DNA of 64,000 bases from assembly GCA_964016885.1 (NCBI GenBank), contig OZ024747.1, positions 24,862,001 to 24,926,000 of the forward strand, read 5' to 3'. This document shows positions 57,898 to 64,000 of the stretch, piece by piece. The DNA is from Eledone cirrhosa. Lineage: Eukaryota. The translations under genes were made by a program, and so were the position numbers. How positions within the stretch are numbered: position 1 is the first letter of the stretch; every line of letters starts with the position of its first letter. The notes below the pieces were generated by a model that saw only the letters and a program-made list of their open reading frames with translations, did not search any database and was not told where the DNA came from.

Positions 57898-58730
57898 AAG
57901 AGAATGAAATTTTACCAGAAGAGCAGAAAGTGTTCAAAAAGAACAGCAGAGGTACAAAAGATCAACTTCTGATTGATAAAACAATCCATGCAAATTGTAA
58001 AAAGTGGCACAAGAACTTAGTCATGCTGTGGGTGGACTATAAGAAAGCTTATGACAGGGTCCCTCACAGCTGGATATAAGAGTGTCTGAAATTTATTCAA
58101 GTGCAAGACAATGTAATTAGGTTTTCAGAAAGATCAATGGCCAGTTGGAAAACTGAATTAATTTCCTGTGGGGAACAGTTAGGATCTGTTAACATACAAA
58201 GGAATATATTTAAGGAAGACAGTTTATCACCACTTATATTTGTTATCTGCATGATCACCCTGACCTAAATCCTTTAAAAAGTGAAAATGGGATATGTGCT
58301 AGATGATATTAAGATTAACCATTTGTTATTCATGGATGATTTAAAGTTATTTGTGAAAAAATGAGGACAGAATTGACAGCTTAACATTTACTGTAAATTT
58401 GATTAGTCAGGATATTGGGAAGGAGTTTGGGATAAAAAAAATGTGGTGTTGTAACCCTGAAACGTGGAAAACTAACAAAAAGTAGAGGGACTGAGCTTGC
58501 AAATCACCAGAGTATTAAAGAAGGAGAAGGATACAAGTATTTGTGAGTCTTTGAGTTGAATAAGATCAAAGAGAAGTAATGGTGATGTTCAAAAAAGAAT
58601 ACCTCAGGCAGGTGAGACATGTAATGTCATCTAAATTGAATGGAAGGAATAAGATCAGGATAATGAATACATAGGCTGTGTCTCTCATGTGGTATAGGGT
58701 AAGGGTTATTAAATGGAGGAAAGATTTGAT
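57898..58730 (+). pseudogene. Decayed R4/Dong-clade non-LTR reverse transcriptase
   Basis: [47 protein letters not shown] and INHLLFMDDLKLF. Confidence 0.85.
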
Positions 58731-58739
58731 TGGAGCAAA

Positions 58740-60635
58740 CTCAATAGGCAGTTATTTGAAGTAAACCAAAACAAATTGGGTATATGGTTCAAAATGGATA
58801 TCTAAAGACTAAATGAGCAGGCTAAGGGATGGATGGCAGAAGTCGAAATCTTAGAAGTTAGGAGACGTGTGTTTAGAATTAAAGGAGAAGTTTATGATGA
58901 TGTACAGAACCAAGAACTTAAAAGAAATACTGATCTAAGTGGAGGCATATTTAAGAGAGATATAGTGACAATGGAGGAAAACAAAGTTCAGACTGTAAGA
59001 GTAGATGGATATTCAAAAGAGAATAGTGAATCAGGTTTAAATAATACAGGCAAGGAAAAGTTAACAATAGTGTATAGACTAAAAGGGATTGTGTCACAAG
59101 CTGTGATGCCCATTGTTCCTAATCTTGACTGTCCCAAGACACAAACTGAAGAAAGAAACCAAAATTGTAAATGATGTCCTTGAGATAATACTAATTCAGA
59201 ACATAACTGAAGCAAGAAATGCAGCAGCAGTCATCATTTGAGAAAGAGTAGGCTATAAATCACAGGAAAGCAAAAAAAGACAAAATTATGGAATCCTGGT
59301 GGAAGTAAAGGATAGAGAGTGACATTAAAAGACTGCATAAAGACAACAGAATTGATTGTTGGCTGAGAGGTGTGTGGAGAAGAAGAAGGGAATGGCATAA
59401 AGAAAGGCTTGAGACAGATGCACAAAGAATGTTTCAGTTCCAACAAAACAGATTATATGAAAGTAGTCAAATGATGTTTTGGGGGTTTTTTCAAAGCCTA
59501 ATGGGTGATGGTGCTAAAGATGTACCAACTGATCCACATGAAACTACAACCTCATTAAGTGACCTGTGGGGAACACATGTGAACCACAATATAAACGCTT
59601 AGTTGATTGGTGATATCCAGAGACAACTTGTAGAAATACCCAAACAGGACCCAGTTGCAATCAATACACAGGCTAAAAGATTGTGAAACTGGAAAGCTCC
59701 AGAACCAGATGGCATTCATGGCTACTAGATTAAATATTTTAATGTACTGCAAAAAAATGATTGATATCTATCTTAATGAATGTGTTGCAATGAGTGGAAT
59801 GTCGGTGGGTGTGAAGGTTGGACTTCCCTTAGTAAGAAGGACCTTACAAAAGGTTCTGTAGCTGTAAATTACAGGTCTATTGCCTGTTTAAACCTACTTT
59901 AAACATTGTTGGCTGGAATACTATCTGAGAAAACATAACATCACCTATTAATCAACAGTCTCTTCTCTATAGAACAAAAAGGCTGCAGAAAAAAAATCCA
60001 TGGGAACAAAGGATCATCTTATTATAGACAACATAGTGACTGTAAATCCCAGAGGACAAACCTGAATACAACATGGAGAACTTTAAGAAAGCTTACAATA
60101 TGGTGCACCATTTGTGGAATCTTGAATCTATGAATATGTTGAAGATGGCAAATAATCTAAACAATTTGGTAGAATCTAACATGAAGGATCGGAGAACTAA
60201 TTTGTACTCATACAATAGGTTCCAAGGAAATGTGAACATAAATAGAGGTATTTTTTCAGGATAACTTCTTTTCCTCCTAGCTCTTTTTCATTGCTCTTAT
60301 GCAAATATCATTATTGTTGAGGAAGATGAAGATAGTTGAGGAAAGATGCTTCTAATCCATATGGGTGAAACACTAGTCAACATGTAAAAAAGATGAATAT
60401 CAAGTGTCTGATAATGGTGCCAACATTTTCCAGAATGTGTCCTTGATGACAGAGAAAAATCCAAAATACTCTGGAACTTTACTATCCAAATGGACCATAG
60501 ACTTGAATACAAGTCTTGATATAGTAGTTATGTACAGTAATAGGCATGAATGCCAGCTTATTGATATTACCATCACAGGAGACCACAACATAGTCTTGAA
60601 AGAAATTGAAAAAAATAACAAAATATACTGACTAT
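58740..60635 (+). pseudogene. Second, heavily decayed R4/Dong-like element (N-terminal region, RT start, RLE endonuclease remnant)
   Basis: NWKAPEPDGIHGY, NYRSIACLNLL, EQKGCRK, GTKDHLIID, KKAYNMV and DIVV...CQLIDITITGDHNIVLKEIEK. Confidence 0.75.
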
Positions 60636-60764
60636 AGGTGTGTTTGTAGTGACATAACAAAATCTCTCAAGGCAATTTGTCTTATGTAACTGTTTCTGTA
60701 TGCATTTTCTACTGATACATACATAATATCACATATTTTCTGTTGATAACTGGGTTTTTTTTTT

Positions 60765-61530
60765 TTTGTCTGGCCTTAACTCACCAACAACAAAGAAGAA
60801 CTACAACAAATGCTTAGAGAACTGAACACAACTAGCGTAGAAGTCAGAATGAGTATGAACCTCAAAAAGTCCAAAATCAAGTGCAATAAAAACATTGAGG
60901 ATGCAGGCCTGGTCATCATAATCAATAAAAATGAGAACAAGGAGGTCAACCACTACATCTACCTCAATCAGTGCCTTTCAATGAACTCAGCATCTAAAGA
61001 ACAAGAAGTCAAGTGCCACATCACACTGGGGTGGCAGGCCTTTGGAAGAGTGAGTGTTATCTTCAAGAACAAAAACAAGCCAATCGTCTTGAAATGTCAG
61101 GTTATTGACCAGTGTATTCTGCCAACTGTCACTTACAGATCAGAACCTGGAACATAACAAAAAAGCAAACTCTAAAGCTATGAACAATACAAAGAGCCCA
61201 CAAAAAGATCATGTTAAACATCACATGGTGAGATTGAAAAACCATCAAATAGATCTGAGAAAAAAAAAAGTTTGAGACATCCTAGACATCATTAGCAAAG
61301 CAAAATGGAAGTGGATGGGACATTGCCAGAATGACTGACAACCTGTCACTTTCTGGAACCCTCAAGATTACACAAACAACTGAGGCCACCAGAGGACCAG
61401 GTGGTGAGACAACTTCAAGAAAATTGAAAAATTTTGGCCATGAATGGCTCAGGATCAGAAAAGATGGTACAGCTCGAGGAAGACCTATATCTAACAATGG
61501 ACTTTCCAGGGCTCATGATGATGATGATGA
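60765..61530 (+). pseudogene. Decayed RTE LINE 3' fragment with (GAT)n tail
   Basis: ELQQMLRELN...MNLKKSKI, YIYL.Q, LGWQAF, DQCILPTVTY and KWKW.GH; tail at 61516-61530. Confidence 0.8.
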
Positions 61531-62080
61531 ACTCACCTTCCTACTTTTTCTTTGCTCCCCCCCTCTCTTTTCTATGCTTTTCTTGTTTCTGTTACTCTCT
61601 TTCTCTCATCTTCTATCTCTTTTTCTGCACATCCATTTTTCTTTCATCACTTAGATCCAGTAGGTAGCAGGCTTATTTTTGTTAAATCCTGCCAACAACA
61701 TTCCTGTGACAAAAGTCTAAATTTTTTCATCTTTTCAGCATTAACCTTTTGCATATTTTACAATGTCTTTCATATTAATTCAATCACAAGTCTGTTGTTT
61801 ATTCATTTCTAGTTGTAATATTTTTAGGTATTTATCTTTTATTCAAAAACAGCCATAAATTTTCCTGTCCATTTTTTGCTGTGATATTATCTCACATGCA
61901 TTTTACCAACAGAACAATTCTCCAATCTGCTGCACAAATTGACATTACAAGAGCAATCACAAATTAATGCACAAATTTCACACGACTAGGTGGCTGAGAA
62001 GGAAGAGATGCAGTTGTTTTTCTGTGAACATCTGCTGGTACTATATATATATAATGCTAAAAAATTTCTGTTGCTAATCT

Positions 62081-62132
<52 letters not shown>

Positions 62133-62669
62133 GTATGTGTGTGTGTTTAAAACAACTACAGTTAAACCAGTTAAAATGTTAATCCTGTTTATCTTTCATT
62201 CAAAAAGATGCTTATACATACACACTCACGTGTATATACATATATATATATACACACACACATGTATATATACATATATATACACACACACACACGTATA
62301 TATACATATATATACACACACACACGTATATATATATATATATACACACACAAGTATATATGCATATATATACACACACACACGTATATATACATATATA
62401 TATACACACACACATACATATATACACACAAACACACATATATATATATATATATACATACACACACATGAGAGAGAGAGAGAGAGAGAGAGAGTTTAAA
62501 GCCACCACAGTTAATCCAGTTTATCTCTCACTCAACAAGATGATAATTTCAACAACGAAAATTAAATCGGATTTTTTTTCTCTCCAATGTAAGATTAACA
62601 TCATTTACACTTTCTCATCATGTTTTCTGAAATGATATTAATTATCAACTCTGAAATAGTATTTTATTC

Positions 62670-62844
62670 TTTATCATTATCATTGCTCCCACCATCACCA
62701 TCAACACCATCATCATCACCATCACAACCACAATCATTGCCATGGTCATTATTACCACCACTACCACCATCATCACCATCATCACTGTCATAATATCTAA
62801 AATCATCACTATCACCTCTGTTGAAACCATCCCCACCCACCACT

Positions 62845-62875
<31 letters not shown>

Positions 62876-63150
62876 CCATTATCAACAACAACATAACCAT
62901 CACCATCGGAACAAACACCAACACTGCCATCATCATCACTCTCATAATCCCCATCAACACAACCGCCACCATCATTACCAACACCATTGTAAACAACATA
63001 ACTACTATCATCACTACCAACACAACCACTACCATCATCATAATCAACACAAACAGCACCATCACTACTAAGACTGCCATCATCATCATCATCAGCACAC
63101 CTCACCCACCCATATCAACACACCCCACCCACCCACATCACCACCACCAT
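62670..63150. repeat. (CAT)n/(CAC)n low-complexity tract
   Basis: Directly visible. Confidence 0.85.
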
Positions 63151-63384
63151 CTACAACAGCAGCCTAAAATGGAGTGAAATGGGTTTGCCATGCCAATACT
63201 GAAGTGTATATAAGCGAGGCATGACCCTGCCCATCTGGAAGAACAGTAATTCCAAGTAAGCATTAATTTGGTCTGTAATGACCCAGCATACAAAAGTGCA
63301 TGTAAAATAATGATATATTTGCTTTACAAGTTTGGAATCCGACAGCCGTGTCCACTAGATGCTTTCTTTATTGTTGGCTTTGTT

Positions 63385-63612
63385 TTCTGAGTCCCGCCGA
63401 GGTTGACTTTGCCTTTCAACCTTACGGAGTCGATAAAATAAAGTACCAGTAATGCACTGGATAATTGCTGGCCTTGTGCCTAAAGTAGAAACAATTATTT
63501 ACATAAATCCTGCTGAGGTTAGCTTTGCTCTTTATCCTTACGGGGTTGATAAAATATAGCACCAGTAATGTACTGGGGTAATTGCTGGCCTTGTGCCAAA
63601 AGTAGAAACAAT
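63385..63612 (+). mobile_element. Two tandem SINE 3' halves
   Basis: Each ends aattgctggccttgtgcc.aaagtagaaacaattatttacata. Confidence 0.75.
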
Positions 63613-63929
63613 TATTTACATATAAGTATATATATAGTGTATATATGTGTATGTAAATTTAGGGTAGGTATTGCTGGTGAATAGACTGGTTGGAGCAATA
63701 ATAAACTTACACATCATAAGAAACAACTAAAAGGGTTGGTGTCAAGAAGGGCATCCAGCAGTAAAACATTGCCTCAAATAGTCCCATCTGCCCATGCCAT
63801 CAGGGAAAAGTTGCCATAAAAACGTGGCATGGTTTCTTCTTACTACCAGCCACTTTACATTGTGTACTGTGTGTATTTTATCACGTCACTGCCACTATCA
63901 ATACATTTAACATCATTATTGTTTAACAA

Positions 63930-64000
63930 GGGCGGTGGATTGGCAGTATCGGTAGAGGGTCGGACGCCATGCTTTCCAGCATAGTTACGTCCCTTTACGA
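63930..64000 (+). mobile_element. SINE 5' end, truncated by the window edge
   Basis: ggcggtggattggcagtatcggtagagggtcggac matches the SINE start at 57117. Confidence 0.8.

Noticed and set aside
58833-59174. 113-aa ORF as a host exon
   Set aside because: It lies in the N-terminal region of the decayed R4/Dong-like element, directly upstream of its RT remnants.

Overview
Eukaryotic, repeat-saturated DNA with no confidently identifiable host gene. The tRNA-derived SINEs and RTE tails resemble octopod cephalopod repeats, so the host is probably an octopod (inference). Bases 1-24 kb are mostly degenerate (TA)n microsatellite carrying three different Penelope-like element (PLE) remnants, RTE LINE fragments and several small non-coding elements. 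Bases 36.2-48.8 kb are a 32-bp satellite array with an internal 2528-bp duplication. The rest is decayed RTE, Tx1/L1, CRE and R4/Dong LINE fragments, SINEs and low-complexity tracts. Nearly all long ORFs in the supplied track are microsatellite artefacts. The main signal is at the RNA level: several independent hammerhead-ribozyme (HHR) families. (i) An ORF-less ~430-480-nt retrozyme-like element has four HHR copies, compensatory base changes, circularly permuted ends, and head-to-head or tandem arrangement. (ii) Two PLE 3' regions carry HHRs whose stem II is expanded to an 85-101-nt structured domain. (iii) Several fold-back elements begin inside an HHR. All ribozyme calls come from reading the sequence by eye; activity is untested.
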